This document shows positions 63,401-64,000 of a stretch of DNA of 64,000 nucleotides, piece after piece. This stretch comes from Mizuhopecten yessoensis (lineage: Eukaryota). Below the pieces are notes generated by a model that saw nothing but the letters and a program-made list of their open reading frames with translations, ran no database searches and was not told the DNA's origin. Position numbers and translations under genes: made by a program. The stretch lies in contig NW_018404603.1 in the NCBI RefSeq assembly GCF_002113885.1, positions 171,571 to 235,570 of the forward strand, in the 5' to 3' direction. Position 1 is the stretch's first letter. Each line of letters begins with the position of its first letter.

Positions 63401-64000
63401 AAGATGACTTAAAATGGCGTCCGGGACTACATCATGTTGATAAAGTTTTGATATATCCTTACGTACATTTATCTGTTTTTGATGCAACTAAACCATCAGC
63501 ATATTTAGAACTTCATATGACCTTCAAAGTTAGCAAACCTAATCTACTAAAAATATGGCCTAATATATGTGGAGAAAATATAGGATTAAACTTACTTGTG
63601 GTGCTACGATAGAGAAATCAAATTTGTGGAGATACCTCGAGGTTATACTTTGCATAGTTTCGGTAAAGAGCATTTGCTTGATCTTCAAAACGAACATACT
63701 TCGATTTTTAAAGTGCGACTCTCGTACGTGAACTGAATTTAAATCCAAAATCGCAGATGCGATCTTTATATAACGGCACGAACTTGGCTACAAGGGGTAT
63801 CGGAATATAGAAGGCACCCAAGTAATCAAGCAGCCAACATCAAGCAGACACCTTACTCCCGAAGGATGGCGTTTGATGTCCATGGACATTTGTCCATTAT
63901 GAGTGTGTATGCCAAATACTAATAGCAATAGGCAGTATGTTTTATCAGGTCGAAGGCAAATACATGTACTGATGCCAACATCAATGTGGGGTTAAACGTA

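Overview
This is AT-rich eukaryotic (animal) non-coding DNA. The repeat families suggest a bivalve mollusc, but that is inference from recalled motifs, not a search. I can support no protein-coding gene, rRNA, true tRNA gene or CRISPR array. All ORFs longer than about 175 aa are read-throughs of minisatellites. The window looks like a gene desert or very large intron. It holds four large minisatellite arrays (36, 42=2x21, 27 and 42 bp units), about ten small or degenerate tandem repeats, five or six decayed tRNA-headed V-type SINEs, three copies of a second ~285-bp retroposon family without a tRNA head, several hairpin MITEs, Helentron-like fragments and two promoter-like motif clusters. The most interesting signal is the palindrome TACATGTA: at least 23 copies against roughly 2-3 expected. 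In two places internal controls show it as a 6-bp insertion at a TA (TA to TA-CATG-TA), matching a Tc1/mariner-type excision footprint. Boundaries of degenerate elements are approximate and were set by eye.
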